DNA of 64,000 nt from an uncultured Gammaproteobacteria bacterium (lineage in GTDB: Bacteria > Patescibacteriota > Microgenomatia > Levybacterales > GWA1-39-11): positions 2,219 to 66,218 of the forward strand of contig CAYYLC010000003.1 in the NCBI GenBank assembly GCA_964472415.1, written 5' to 3'. The translations under genes and the position numbers were made by a program. The notes beneath the pieces are model-generated. The model did not search any database, was not told where the DNA came from, and was given only the letters and a program-made list of their open reading frames with translations. The stretch's first letter is position 1; each line of letters starts with the position of its first letter. Of the stretch, positions 55,506-64,000 are shown piece by piece.

Positions 55506-56849
55506 ATGGTTTACTATAGAAAATATCGTCCACAAAAAATACAAGAATTAGATCTATTATCTGTTCGAGAAAAATTGAATTCAATATTGGCCTCCAAAAA
55601 TATTCCTCATGCGTTTTTGTTTACTGGATCAAGAGGACTTGGGAAGACTTCAAGTGCACGAATTCTCGCAAAAGCCATTAATTGTAATTTAAGAGATGGT
55701 ATAGAACCGTGTAATACATGTGATACGTGCATTGCGATAACAAACGGATCGCATATTGATATTGTAGAGATTGATGGCGCTTCAAATCGAGGGGTTGATG
55801 AGATTAGGTCGCTGCGTGAGAAAGTAAAGTTTTCTCCTTCAGAATTAATAAAAAAAGTGTACATCATAGATGAGGTACACATGCTTACGAATGAGGCATT
55901 TAATGCGCTTTTGAAGACTCTTGAAGAACCGCCAAGTCACGTTGTATTCGTGCTTGCAACGACTGAAGTTCATAAAATTCCTCAAACAATTTTATCCAGG
56001 GCTTTTTCTGTAAAATTTGAGTCTCCTACTGATTTGGAGATTATAAATTCTCTTAAGCGAATTTCTGATGGGGAGAGGCTAAAAGTTGATACAGAAGCAT
56101 TGCAAAGTGTGGCAAAGCTTTCTGAAGGGAGCTTCCGAGATGCTGCAAAAATTCTCGAAGAGTTAATGCTGAATACAGATGGTGTGATAACGGTTGAAGT
56201 GATTGATAAATTATATAAGACAGGCTCTGTAGAAAAAATGTCTAAAAATCTACTTTCGCTTTTGAATAAAAAAGATTTGGAGGGTGCACTTTCTACGATA
56301 GATAATATTGTTGTAAATGGAGTAGATTTTCAGAAAATAATTGAAGAGATGGTAGGAATCCTGAGGAGTGATTTCCTTTCAAATAAGAGTCAATTTGCAA
56401 TTCTAGAATCTAAAAAATTACTTACTTTGCTCAATGAAGCATACCAGAATGTAAAAATTGCAGTTGTTCCCCAGCTCCCATTAGAATTGGTGGTGATTGA
56501 GTGGTGTATGTCAGATCCAATCTCAGTTTCCCGAGATGAAAAGACAAAGAAAGGTTCGGATGGAGCGAAGAAGATATCAGAAAAAAAGCCGTCTCAGACT
56601 GAGGTGAAAAACCCGAGCGAGCAATTTTTAAAAGATTTGATAGAGCTTGTTCACGCAGAAAGCAGACAGGTGGCAGCATTTCTCAGGAGTTGCAAAGATT
56701 CAAGTGTTGACGGTTCAACACTTATTTTGAGAACTCCATACTCACTCCATGCAGACCGCCTTTCAAAAAAAGAATTTGCTGATTTGATTCTGAAGCATGC
56801 TCAGACACTAGATAAAAGGATCGCTGATCTAAAAGTTGTTGCGGATTAA
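55506..56849 (+). CDS. dnaX: DNA polymerase III subunit gamma/tau
   Basis: YRKYRPQ, Walker A GSRGLGKTS, Zn module CNTCDTC, and SRC/box VII motifs. Confidence 0.85.
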   Translation: MVYYRKYRPQKIQELDLLSVREKLNSILASKNIPHAFLFTGSRGLGKTSSARILAKAINCNLRDGIEPCNTCDTCIAITNGSHIDIVEIDGASNRGVDEIRSLREKVKFSPSELIKKVYIIDEVHMLTNEAFNALLKTLEEPPSHVVFVLATTEVHKIPQTILSRAFSVKFESPTDLEIINSLKRISDGERLKVDTEALQSVAKLSEGSFRDAAKILEELMLNTDGVITVEVIDKLYKTGSVEKMSKNLLSLLNKKDLEGALSTIDNIVVNGVDFQKIIEEMVGILRSDFLSNKSQFAILESKKLLTLLNEAYQNVKIAVVPQLPLELVVIEWCMSDPISVSRDEKTKKGSDGAKKISEKKPSQTEVKNPSEQFLKDLIELVHAESRQVAAFLRSCKDSSVDGSTLILRTPYSLHADRLSKKEFADLILKHAQTLDKRIADLKVVAD

Positions 56850-56916
56850 AAATATTTTTTCTAAGCAAGCTCAGAAAGTGTATATAATCCCTGCCTATTG
56901 TTAGGTATCTTATCAT

Positions 56917-57690
56917 ATGAAAGAAGTAAAAATAGTAAAGTTGGGTGGGTCTTTGATTACTGATAAGTCACAGGCCTATGTATTTAAGCCGGAAATAGTT
57001 CGGAGCTTGGCCAAAGAGCTAGGAAGAATTATCTCTCCACTAATTTTAATACACGGAAGTGGGAGCTTCGGGCATGTGAGTGCAGCAAAATATGGTGGGG
57101 CGAGAGGATATAAAAGCAGACAGGGGATTGCTAAAGTTTCACGGGATGCTATGGAGATAAATCGATTAGTGATGGATGTGCTTATAGAGCAAGGGGTTCC
57201 TGCAGTTTCTGTGCGACCAGGCGGTATGATTTTAGCATCAGAAGGTGAGCAAGTTAAACACAGATTTGAAATTATAGAAGAGATTTTGAATCAAAGACTA
57301 GTTCCTGTTTTGTATGGAGATGTGATCTGGGATACGGAATGGAAGAGTACTATTTTTTCTGGAGAAAAAATATCAGCCGATCTCATTAAATTTCTGCTCT
57401 CTCAGGGATGGAAAATTTCGAAGGTTATCCATGTAGGAAATACTGATGGAGTATATGATCAGAATGGCGATACAATACCACTAATCACAGCCGATAAATT
57501 TGAATCTATAAAAGAGTTTATTGAGGATGTCCAGTATGCAGATGTTACCGGTGGAATGAACCATAAAATCGAAGAATCATTAGCAATGAGTAAGTTGGGA
57601 ATACAGACATATATTATAGATGGAAACAGAGAGAGTGAATTGACAGATGTTTTGGAAAAAAATGAGACGAAAGGAACGGTAATTAGATGA
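56917..57690 (+). CDS. isopentenyl phosphate kinase (amino-acid-kinase fold)
   Basis: VKLGGSLITDK, catalytic IHGSGSFGH, LYGDV, VTGGM and C-terminal GTVIR closely parallel archaeal IPK (e.g. ILKIGGSVITDK...HGGGSFGH...IGTVIR). Confidence 0.75.
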   Translation: MKEVKIVKLGGSLITDKSQAYVFKPEIVRSLAKELGRIISPLILIHGSGSFGHVSAAKYGGARGYKSRQGIAKVSRDAMEINRLVMDVLIEQGVPAVSVRPGGMILASEGEQVKHRFEIIEEILNQRLVPVLYGDVIWDTEWKSTIFSGEKISADLIKFLLSQGWKISKVIHVGNTDGVYDQNGDTIPLITADKFESIKEFIEDVQYADVTGGMNHKIEESLAMSKLGIQTYIIDGNRESELTDVLEKNETKGTVIR

Positions 57691-58316
57691 TGTTGGAATC
57701 TGGAAGAATGCTCGGTGTAAACAAAGAGATGTTAGGAGGAGGAAATATCCGAGGTGTTGCCGGAATAATATTTTCTGAAGACGGTAAGATTTTGGTGGGG
57801 ACAGAGCAGAGAGATAAACCAAGCACGAAAAAATTAGCAGGACAAACTTCAATTCCGATGGAGACGTTGAAGCCGTTTGAGGTGGGTTCCCAATCTCATA
57901 TGATTGCTGCCTTGCTTACAGAAATTACCAATGATATGTCGATGGATCTGCTGAAAGAAAGATTATCGTGTAGCGGGATTGTGGATCGGGTTAGTGTGGA
58001 TGAGGGGGTTGATCTTGCAATAGTTTTTTTACGATTTCAGGGTGATAGTTATGATGAGATGCCATTTATTTCACCAAATGAGGATGAATTTTCCGATCTC
58101 AGATGGGAAGCGGGATTTTTGCAAGATTGCCATAATGTGCGACCGTATGCAGGGTCTGTGATCAACTTTTTGGAGTCAAGATTATATGGTGGAGACGATT
58201 TGGACATAGAATATAAAAACTTAAATCTTGATGAATTTTCTCCTTATAATTATTCCAATTATCGAGAGCAGGTAAACGATATTTTGATGCCTAATCAACA
58301 TTTGGTTCGTAAGTAA
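57687..58316 (+). CDS. hypothetical protein (translationally coupled to IPK, ATGA overlap)
   Basis: ORF only. Confidence 0.4.
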   Translation: MMLESGRMLGVNKEMLGGGNIRGVAGIIFSEDGKILVGTEQRDKPSTKKLAGQTSIPMETLKPFEVGSQSHMIAALLTEITNDMSMDLLKERLSCSGIVDRVSVDEGVDLAIVFLRFQGDSYDEMPFISPNEDEFSDLRWEAGFLQDCHNVRPYAGSVINFLESRLYGGDDLDIEYKNLNLDEFSPYNYSNYREQVNDILMPNQHLVRK

Positions 58317-58453
58317 TATGCTTATTGCAGTTCATTTGTAGTAGAGAGATATATTGTAGGATAAATGTGTATGTGTAAGATCGTAAAAAAGAGCTTGCGA
58401 ATCTAATCTAAAATTGATAGTCTATATAGACAATTAAGGAGGTGTTTTAGTAT

Positions 58454-58732
58454 ATGTTTAACCCAATAAAACAAGCAGGAGAGCTTAAAAAACTTCGTGA
58501 TGAAGCAAAAAAAATTGAGCGAGAACTCGAACAGATTGAGGTTCATGAAGAGAAAAATGACATTAAGGTAACTGTTTCCGGAAATATGAAAGTCCTCTCG
58601 ATAGAAATTGATGGTGAGAGTAGGGATGATGTAGTAGATGTATTAAATTCTGCTATGAAGGAAGCGCAAAAGAAAGCAGCGATGAAAATGCAACAGCTTG
58701 GAGGAGGACTTAAGGGACTTCTTGGCGGCTGA
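58454..58732 (+). CDS. ybaB: nucleoid-associated protein YbaB/EbfC
   Basis: About 92 aa. ...KKLRDEAKKIERELEQIEV...VTVSGN..V..IEID and a Gly-rich tail. Confidence 0.85.
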   Translation: MFNPIKQAGELKKLRDEAKKIERELEQIEVHEEKNDIKVTVSGNMKVLSIEIDGESRDDVVDVLNSAMKEAQKKAAMKMQQLGGGLKGLLGG

Positions 58733-58740
58733 TAAAAAAT

Positions 58741-59640
58741 ATGCTTTTTGTAGGAGATTTGCAGAACCGGGCGTTATCAGATGACCTGGGAAGATTATTA
58801 GGATGCGAAGTTATTTATCCTGATAAGCATGTGTTTGATGATGGTGAGCAGCGTATTAGAATTGAGCAGAATGTTTTGGACGCTGATGTGTACGTTCTGA
58901 AGTCTATTTCTGATCCTGTAGATAATAGTATCATCGAATTCCTGTTTATTATTGATGCGCTGAGAAGAAGCGGTGCAAAAAATGTTACTGCAATAATTCC
59001 ATATTTGGGATATTCTCGAGCTGATCATATATTCCGCGAGGGAGAGGCTGTAGGGTTAGAAGTTGTTATGAGGAGTATAGAGGCGACAGGCTTAGATAAG
59101 ATAATTGTGATTGATCCGCATACTATTAAGCTTCCAGAAATGTTCCGCATTGAATCGAAAATGCTCTCTGCTCTCCCATTATTTGCTGAAAAAATTCGAG
59201 AATTAGGGATTGAAGGGGATCGAGTTTCTATAGTGAGCCCTGATATGGGAGGAATTCGGCGAGTAAGGCAGCTTTCAGAGCTTGTTCCCGGTTCCACGTA
59301 TGCTGCAATAAATAAAGATAGAGATTTGGCAACTGGTGAACTGACTGGTTCACGGGTTGCAGAAGGTGAGATTCGAGAGATTTGTATCGTAACTGATGAT
59401 ATTATTTCTACCGGTGGAACCATGGTTCGAGGAGTAGATACTTGTATAGAGGCGGGGGCTAAAACTGTCTACATTTTTGGATCTCAACCGGTATTTTCAA
59501 ACGGAGCCTATAAAAAGCTCAAAGAGTCCAAGGCAGAGAAAATATATGTCACTGATGCGATTCATATCCCAGACGAGGAAAAGTTTGATAATCTCGAAGT
59601 TTTATCCCTTGCTCCGGTAATTGCTGATTTTATATTGTAA
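58741..59640 (+). CDS. prs: ribose-phosphate pyrophosphokinase
   Basis: DGEQRIRI, IPYLGYSRAD, DPHT and the PRPP-binding loop VTDDIISTGGT. Confidence 0.9.
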   Translation: MLFVGDLQNRALSDDLGRLLGCEVIYPDKHVFDDGEQRIRIEQNVLDADVYVLKSISDPVDNSIIEFLFIIDALRRSGAKNVTAIIPYLGYSRADHIFREGEAVGLEVVMRSIEATGLDKIIVIDPHTIKLPEMFRIESKMLSALPLFAEKIRELGIEGDRVSIVSPDMGGIRRVRQLSELVPGSTYAAINKDRDLATGELTGSRVAEGEIREICIVTDDIISTGGTMVRGVDTCIEAGAKTVYIFGSQPVFSNGAYKKLKESKAEKIYVTDAIHIPDEEKFDNLEVLSLAPVIADFIL

Positions 59641-60037
59641 ACTAGCCTTTTTGCATATTTTGAAGATTTTTTGTTATTATGTTATGGTGGATCAAGATAC
59701 TTCAAATTTGAATTCGTATATAACCCAGGTTGAAAAAGATTTAGTTGATGAGATTGTTAAGAAGTTGAAAAGTAATAATATTTCTCCCGCAAAAGCACAA
59801 TCGTTTGCAAAAGAATTCCTCTCTCAACTTCCCCCGAAAGACTTCAATGCGTTAGTTGATATTCTAAAAGAGATAAGCGAGAAATATGAAGAGATGAATC
59901 ATGTATATGCAAAATACTATGCGATACGGGGTGACATGGAGGATACAAAAAAAGTCCATGCTATGGCAAGTCATATCAAGCAAGGGAACATAGAAGAAGC
60001 AATTGCAATTGCAAAAGGAGGAGATACCAATGCCTGA
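59621..60037 (+). CDS. hypothetical protein
   Basis: ORF only. The likely true start is the internal Met near 59684. Confidence 0.3.
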   Translation: MLILYCKLAFLHILKIFCYYVMVDQDTSNLNSYITQVEKDLVDEIVKKLKSNNISPAKAQSFAKEFLSQLPPKDFNALVDILKEISEKYEEMNHVYAKYYAIRGDMEDTKKVHAMASHIKQGNIEEAIAIAKGGDTNA

Positions 60038-60875
60038 AGGAATTGAGGGAATGAGTGCTCCATCGAATACTATCGAGTCGGCAACTGAAGTTGCTAGTCA
60101 GTCAGCAGTGGATACTGTGGAGACAGGGGCGAGTGAATTTGCACAAGATTTAGCTCAGTCAATCGAAGATATAGATGTCGAGCAAGGCCCTCAAGCAGCA
60201 TTAGAAAACTTGGCAGGAGAAGTATCTACAGAAAATTTAGACAACTCCCCAGAAGATCCAATCGTGCAAAATCCTGAGAATTCAGAGAGCGACCAGGGGA
60301 TAATTGATCAGCAAGCAGAGGAGCAGGTGCAAGGCCGCAGAGATGATTTGCAAACTGAAGATCTTGATCATTCAGAAACGGTGGAGAATGATGAAGACAA
60401 TATACCGCAAAAGTCTGAAGAGGGAGATTCTAGTGAATCTTCTGAGGAGCAAGTTGGGCAGGAGGATGGCGAAAGTGCGCTTTTGGCAGAAAATAAAGCT
60501 CTTTTAGCAGAAAATGAATCATTGAAAGCCGAGCTTGGGGAGAAAGTTGCCCAACTTGAAGCATATAAAAACATAGAACAGATTCTTGAGAATATTGATC
60601 TAACAGCTCTCAATATGGAATCAGAGCAGCCTTACGAGCAGAGAAAGAAGTCTTTGGGGCTTATATTCGCTGCTTTACAACTTGCGCTTTTGTTTTTTAA
60701 AGAAACCGCGAAGGCAGAAAATAATAAGAATAACTCCATTAAAAAAACTGAACGGAAGCGTGTAAGACCTGCTCAAGATAGGAATACAGAACTGATCAAT
60801 CAGATTGCCCCACGGCCTAAAAATGAATCTCATTCATCAGCGGTAGAATCTGCCCCTACTCTTAAGAGTTCTTAA
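60003..60875 (+). CDS. acidic coiled-coil hypothetical protein
   Basis: Highly acidic with a heptad-like ENKALLAENESLKAEL segment. Confidence 0.4.
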   Translation: MQLQKEEIPMPEGIEGMSAPSNTIESATEVASQSAVDTVETGASEFAQDLAQSIEDIDVEQGPQAALENLAGEVSTENLDNSPEDPIVQNPENSESDQGIIDQQAEEQVQGRRDDLQTEDLDHSETVENDEDNIPQKSEEGDSSESSEEQVGQEDGESALLAENKALLAENESLKAELGEKVAQLEAYKNIEQILENIDLTALNMESEQPYEQRKKSLGLIFAALQLALLFFKETAKAENNKNNSIKKTERKRVRPAQDRNTELINQIAPRPKNESHSSAVESAPTLKSS

Positions 60876-60972
60876 TCTATAAGTAACTTGTTAGGTTTCT
60901 ATGATCCTCATATCAAGTTCTGTTTACCTCCGTTATTTATACTAGCCTCAATATACGAAAGGAGCAATATAT

Positions 60973-61611
60973 ATGGATGACACAATACGGGTAGGACCTG
61001 ATATCACCCCAGAGATGGATTTCTCAGAAGCAATTCCTGAATTGGTGGAAGATTCTAGTATTCCAGAATACGGAGTATCTGAGAGTACATTTGTATTAGG
61101 GGCTGCGGATAATGATACATCTCGCACATCTTTTGTAGATATTGAAAATGAGATCGTACTTGAGCAGGATTTAGAGAATGAAATCTCAGAAGAAGAGTTT
61201 CGTACGGAATTAGAAGAAACCACGGAGATAGGTATTGATGAGCATTTAGATAATATAGAAGAGAAGCTTGATAAAGTACGAGAAATGCTTGAGGAGGAAA
61301 TTCAGTCTCAGCGTGAGATGCTGGACCCAGGAGGGATAGATGATAAACAACTCAAAAGGCTTTTATTTTTGATGACTATGATTCTTATGCGAGATGAGGA
61401 AGCTCGAAAAAAAGATCAAGAAGGGTTTTTGAAGACTGTGGTTTTTGCTATCGGAGCGTTGATGCGAGAAATGTTTGTGCCAGAAGAGGAAAATAGAGAA
61501 AAGTTTGGAAGGACATCAATCTTTTCTAAATTTTATGCAAATACCGGTTCTCGTGTAGATTTGGAAAACGTTTTTCAGAGACGACAGAGTTTCAGAAAGT
61601 TTTTCAGTTGA
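60973..61611 (+). CDS. acidic hypothetical protein
   Basis: ORF only. Confidence 0.4.
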   Translation: MDDTIRVGPDITPEMDFSEAIPELVEDSSIPEYGVSESTFVLGAADNDTSRTSFVDIENEIVLEQDLENEISEEEFRTELEETTEIGIDEHLDNIEEKLDKVREMLEEEIQSQREMLDPGGIDDKQLKRLLFLMTMILMRDEEARKKDQEGFLKTVVFAIGALMREMFVPEEENREKFGRTSIFSKFYANTGSRVDLENVFQRRQSFRKFFS

Positions 61612-61635
61612 AAATGGGATAAGTGATGGATATAC

Positions 61636-62850
61636 TTGTGTGTAATGCGATATTCGTTATTATTTCCAAAAACGATAAAAAATACCCCTTCAGAAGAAGT
61701 GGCAATAAATGCGAAATTACTCCTCCGTGCAGGATTTATCGACAAGATGATGGCAGGGTCTTATACACTGCTTCCACTCGGTCGTCGCGTAGAGCGAAAA
61801 ATAGAGCAGATTATTCGTGAAGAGATGAATAGAACTGGTGCGCAAGAGATTCTCATGCCACTCTTGCACCCAAAGGCTATTTGGAATGAGACTGGACGGT
61901 GGGATACTGCGCGTGAGGTGATGTATCAGTTTAAGAAGGACGAGAAAGAGTATGCGCTTTCTTTTACGCATGAGGAAATAGTCCTTGATCTAGTTCGAAA
62001 GCATGCACAAACGTATCGAGATTTTCCAATCAAAATGTATCATTTTTCTACAAAATTTAGGAATGAGTTGCGAGCAAAATCCGGGATTCTTAGGGGCCGT
62101 GAGTTTCTCATGAAGGATCTATATAGTTTGCATGAAACTCAAGAGGAGCTCGATAAATATTATTGGGAAATAAAGGATGCTTATATGAGAATTTTTGAGC
62201 GATTAGGACTTGATGCGAAAATAGCAGAAGCAGGTGGAGGAGTATTTACCGATTCGAATACGCATGAATTTCAAGTTCTTTCTCCGAGTGGTGAAGATAC
62301 AATTTACCACAAAGATGGATGGGAGTACTGGAAGAATAAAGAAGTAATGACTGAAAAAGATTTGAATGATTCAGATGTTCATTCGGAAAGTGCGATAGAG
62401 ATTGGGAATATATTTCGATTCGGGACTGTCTATAGTGAGAAAATGAATCTCCATTTCACAAACAAGGTAGGGGAGAAAAAGTATGCACATTTCGGAAGTT
62501 ATGGAATTGGGCTTACTCGCATGGTTGGAGTCTTAGCAGAAATTTTTCATGATGAGAAGGGGCTTATTTGGCCTGAAAGCGTTTCACCGTTTCAAGTTCA
62601 TCTGGTAGGGCTTTCAGAAAGGGCAGAAGATGTGTATAAAAAGCTTATTGATTTGGGAATTGATGTTTTATATGATGATCGCGATGCGAGTGCAGGCGAG
62701 AAGTTTAATGATGCAGATTTGATCGGAATTCCTACCCGGATAGTGGTTTCGAATAGGATAGAAAAGGGGAAAATTGAGATAAAAAAAAGAGACGAGAAAG
62801 ATTCAAAAATAGTTTCGTTTGAGGAATTCCTATCCTCGCTAAATTCATAG
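61636..62850 (+). CDS. proS: prolyl-tRNA synthetase (short bacterial type lacking editing insertion)
   Basis: LLLRAGFI..., the class II motif 2 region FRNELRAKSGILRGREFLMKD, and a C-terminal anticodon-binding domain. Length 404 aa. Confidence 0.85.
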   Translation: MCVMRYSLLFPKTIKNTPSEEVAINAKLLLRAGFIDKMMAGSYTLLPLGRRVERKIEQIIREEMNRTGAQEILMPLLHPKAIWNETGRWDTAREVMYQFKKDEKEYALSFTHEEIVLDLVRKHAQTYRDFPIKMYHFSTKFRNELRAKSGILRGREFLMKDLYSLHETQEELDKYYWEIKDAYMRIFERLGLDAKIAEAGGGVFTDSNTHEFQVLSPSGEDTIYHKDGWEYWKNKEVMTEKDLNDSDVHSESAIEIGNIFRFGTVYSEKMNLHFTNKVGEKKYAHFGSYGIGLTRMVGVLAEIFHDEKGLIWPESVSPFQVHLVGLSERAEDVYKKLIDLGIDVLYDDRDASAGEKFNDADLIGIPTRIVVSNRIEKGKIEIKKRDEKDSKIVSFEEFLSSLNS

Positions 62851-62937
62851 CTCTACTTCTACGTATTAAAATACTTGTGTTATACCGATACTCTGCATTC
62901 TTGCCACTCGATAAATTAGTTTGCAGGAGAGGTTATT

Positions 62938-63396
62938 CTAGAACGGTTTAAAAAAAAACACTATCCAAAAGAAAGTCCACGCTACGAAAAATATTATTCC
63001 CAAGATTATGATAAGTGTTTTTGAGATACCTTTTTTTGCACCTTCGACGTTTTTATTTTTGTTGTCTCCAAGATTGTTGAGAGAGAATGATTTTATTCCT
63101 GTAGATTCTACTGGTGGACGTGGGGGAGTAGAAGTGAGAAATGGTTCTTGCGCGGTTGGAGTCTCCATAGGTGGTTGAGGTAGGACGGTAGGATTTTCTG
63201 TGGCAGGGTTTTGCTGAATGGTGCCTTGCTTCGTTTCGGGTATTGTAGCTGGAGGAGTTTGTGCTACGGGAGGATTCGTTGAGGGTGGGGGGGGAGTTGC
63301 TGGTGTTTTTGCAGGAGTGTTCATGACTCGGTCATAAATTTGTTTCAAATCTGGGGATAAATTTTGGGGAGTTTTATTCTGCGCAGCCATACACAT
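62938..63396 (-). CDS. Pro/Thr-rich protein with C-terminal TM anchor
   Basis: Low-complexity P/T-rich sequence and a C-terminal hydrophobic helix. Confidence 0.35.
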   Translation of the reverse strand: MCMAAQNKTPQNLSPDLKQIYDRVMNTPAKTPATPPPPSTNPPVAQTPPATIPETKQGTIQQNPATENPTVLPQPPMETPTAQEPFLTSTPPRPPVESTGIKSFSLNNLGDNKNKNVEGAKKGISKTLIIILGIIFFVAWTFFWIVFFFKPF

Positions 63397-63471
63397 CTAG
63401 TTTATTTATAAAACAGCGTGAAAGTCAAGGTTTATTGAGTTTTGAAGCAAAAAAAGCTATACTTCAATGAC

Positions 63472-64000
63472 ATGAAGCAAATCGTTACTCATAAATCTCC
63501 AGATCTCGATGCTATCGGTTCGACTTGGTTATTGCTCCGTTTCCTCCGTGGATGGGAGGATGCAAAGATAGAACTCGTCTCGGCAGGAGAAAAGTTACCT
63601 GGAAATTATGAGAATGAAGGAGCGGTTATAGAGATTGTTGATGGTGTAGAGACAATTCATGTAGATACTGGATTGGGGAAACTTGACCATCATCAGACGC
63701 AAGACGCCAACACTTGTGGCGCAAGCCTAACATTAGAGCATATTCTTTCTGATAATAGCGCTCCGCTTCATGGGCGTGATACGGAAAGAGAAGCAGTTAA
63801 GCGAATTGTAGAAATGATTGTAGATGATGATCATTTTCAGGAATATTATTACCCAGAACCATCCCATGACCGATATGACTTTTCGCTTCGGGGGATTTTG
63901 CAGGGATATAAAATGATGTATCAGCAGGATGATGAGAAGGTTATAGATCTGATCCTCCAAGATTTTGATGCACTACTACATTCGTTTAAGATAAAAATTT
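63472..64000 (+). CDS. DHH-family phosphoesterase (NrnA-like), 3'-truncated at window edge
   Basis: By manual translation the frame is open from the ATG at 63472 to the window end. It is absent from the ORF track because no stop falls inside the window. Motif I HKSPDLDAIGS and motif III GKLDHHQ. Confidence 0.65.
   Translation, partial: MKQIVTHKSPDLDAIGSTWLLLRFLRGWEDAKIELVSAGEKLPGNYENEGAVIEIVDGVETIHVDTGLGKLDHHQTQDANTCGASLTLEHILSDNSAPLHGRDTEREAVKRIVEMIVDDDHFQEYYYPEPSHDRYDFSLRGILQGYKMMYQQDDEKVIDLILQDFDALLHSFKIKI

Noticed and set aside
57687-58316. NUDIX hydrolase call for the IPK-coupled protein
   Set aside because: The segment GQTSIPMETLKPFE does not fit the G-x5-E-x7-REUxEExGU box spacing.
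1-64000. Alternative genetic code (code 25, SR1/Gracilibacteria, UGA=Gly)
   Set aside because: Conserved genes (glyA, dnaX, rseP, helicase, proS) are full-length with standard stops and no in-frame TGA interruptions, so code 11 applies.
1-64000. CRISPR array, IS element or prophage
   Set aside because: There are no short regularly spaced direct repeats, no transposase or integrase ORFs, and no terminal inverted repeats. The only exact repeat is the 147-bp intragenic duplication in the vWA paralogs.

Overview
This 64-kb window reads as a single low-GC bacterial chromosome segment with standard genetic code 11, because the long ORFs are not interrupted by TGA. Small housekeeping genes interleave with many secreted or membrane-anchored proteins carrying Thr/Pro-rich linkers. 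Together with a short EF-Ts, an archaeal-type NMN adenylyltransferase and an isopentenyl phosphate kinase, this suggests a reduced-genome CPR/Patescibacteria-like organism; that is inference from composition, not a database hit. Confident housekeeping calls, in window order, are dcd, tRNA-Cys(GCA), glyA, rpsB, tsf, rseP, frr, recR, an FKBP PPIase, trhO, a DEAD-box helicase, ychF, a HIT protein, rpsU, ybeY, dnaX, ybaB, prs, proS, and a two-component pair flanking a HisC-like aminotransferase. Five accessory clusters stand out. (1) A SipW-type signal peptidase operon with two TasA/camelysin-like cognate substrates and an acidic membrane-anchored protein (38.5-41.4 kb). It is preceded by twin hairpins sharing a 9-mer and is bracketed by paralogous alpha/beta hydrolases. 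(2) A minus-strand operon (18.3-21.4 kb) with a CofE-like gamma-glutamyl ligase homolog, an unknown protein, an HExxH zincin-like protein and a small acidic protein. I read this as a possible C-terminal amino-acid tagging and trimming system. (3) A surface-protein operon (9.7-14.5 kb) with a cohesin protein, a Cys-rich putative adhesin, and tandem vWA paralogs sharing an exact 147-bp repeat. A separate cohesin/dockerin pair lies at 3.6-5.8 kb. (4) A polysaccharide deacetylase fused to a processive GT2 synthase (PNAG-like). (5) A roughly 680-nt structured non-coding gap upstream of rpsU that may hold an unassigned ncRNA. Several real genes are missing from the ORF track: a 58-codon PspC protein, rpsU, and a 3'-truncated DHH phosphoesterase.
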